Shown: one piece after another, positions 63,788 to 64,000 of the stretch
How the letters are laid out: every line of letters begins with the position of its first letter
Numbering within the stretch: the stretch's first letter is position 1
Position numbers and translations under genes: made by a program
Source of the DNA: Leptolyngbyaceae cyanobacterium
GTDB lineage: Bacteria; Cyanobacteriota; Cyanobacteriia; Phormidesmidales; Phormidesmidaceae
Length of the DNA: 64,000 nt
Assembly: GCA_965263355.1 (NCBI GenBank)
Contig: CBDHHL010000032.1
Coordinates: 3,680,001-3,744,000 of the forward strand
Direction: 5' to 3'
Notes under the pieces: model-generated
What the model was told of the DNA's origin: nothing
The model's input: the letters and a program-made list of their open reading frames with translations, nothing else
Database searches by the model: none

Positions 63788-64000
63788 ATGGTTTCCCTGG
63801 CTCGTAAAAATTTACTCAAAGATCTGCCTCGTTTTTTGGTAGCCCAGGCAGGGATTATGTTTGCTGTTAGTTTAGTGACTATCCAAACCGGTATCCTCAA
63901 AGGGTTTACCCGCTCGACCACACTGCTCATTGACAGTTCCGATGCAGAGATTTGGGTGGCCTCAGAAAATATTGTCAACTTTGAGCTGACAGAACCGTTT
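63788..64000 (+). CDS. DevC/FtsX-like ABC transporter permease; 5' part only, runs off the window
   Basis: Manual translation MVSLARKNLLKDLPRFLVAQAGIMFAVSLVTIQTG...LIDSSDAEIWV. Confidence 0.85.
   Translation, partial: MVSLARKNLLKDLPRFLVAQAGIMFAVSLVTIQTGILKGFTRSTTLLIDSSDAEIWVASENIVNFELTEPF

Overview
This is a chromosomal window from a cyanobacterium. Evidence: psbDC, psbO, psaE, ndhO, chlH, a CpcD-domain petH and frequent HIP1 GCGATCGC octamers. The general style suggests a filamentous Leptolyngbya-like lineage, which is only my inference. Most of the window is housekeeping and photosynthesis genes: cax, tsaB, lipA, mdh, mutM, sigF, dnaK, an SLH porin, ald, the rplS-tRNA-Trp-secE-nusG-rplKAJL cluster, map, pstS with a Pho box, ribE, hom and prmC. 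Five things stand out. (1) A GC-richer accessory cassette (about 26.2-32.2 kb), bracketed by direct copies of a REP-containing ~140-bp element. It carries a Trypco1/CU044_2847-like small gene divergent from a caspase-nSTAND1-WD40 NLR-like gene with near-identical 126-bp repeats, plus a PemK remnant and a Uma2 gene. (2) An overlapping pair of genes for a membrane-anchored di-heme cytochrome c peroxidase-family protein and a DAHL-domain histidine kinase, a candidate periplasmic redox-sensing module. (3) A ~72-bp dispersed repeat (4 clear and 3 partial or degenerate copies) that always lies just upstream of a gene, including psbD and chlH. (4) A PilP-like lipoprotein gene behind sigF. (5) A ferrochelatase paralogue with a poly-His tail and a DICT/degenerate HD-GYP pseudo-enzyme. 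All calls come from motif recognition by eye; no searches were run.
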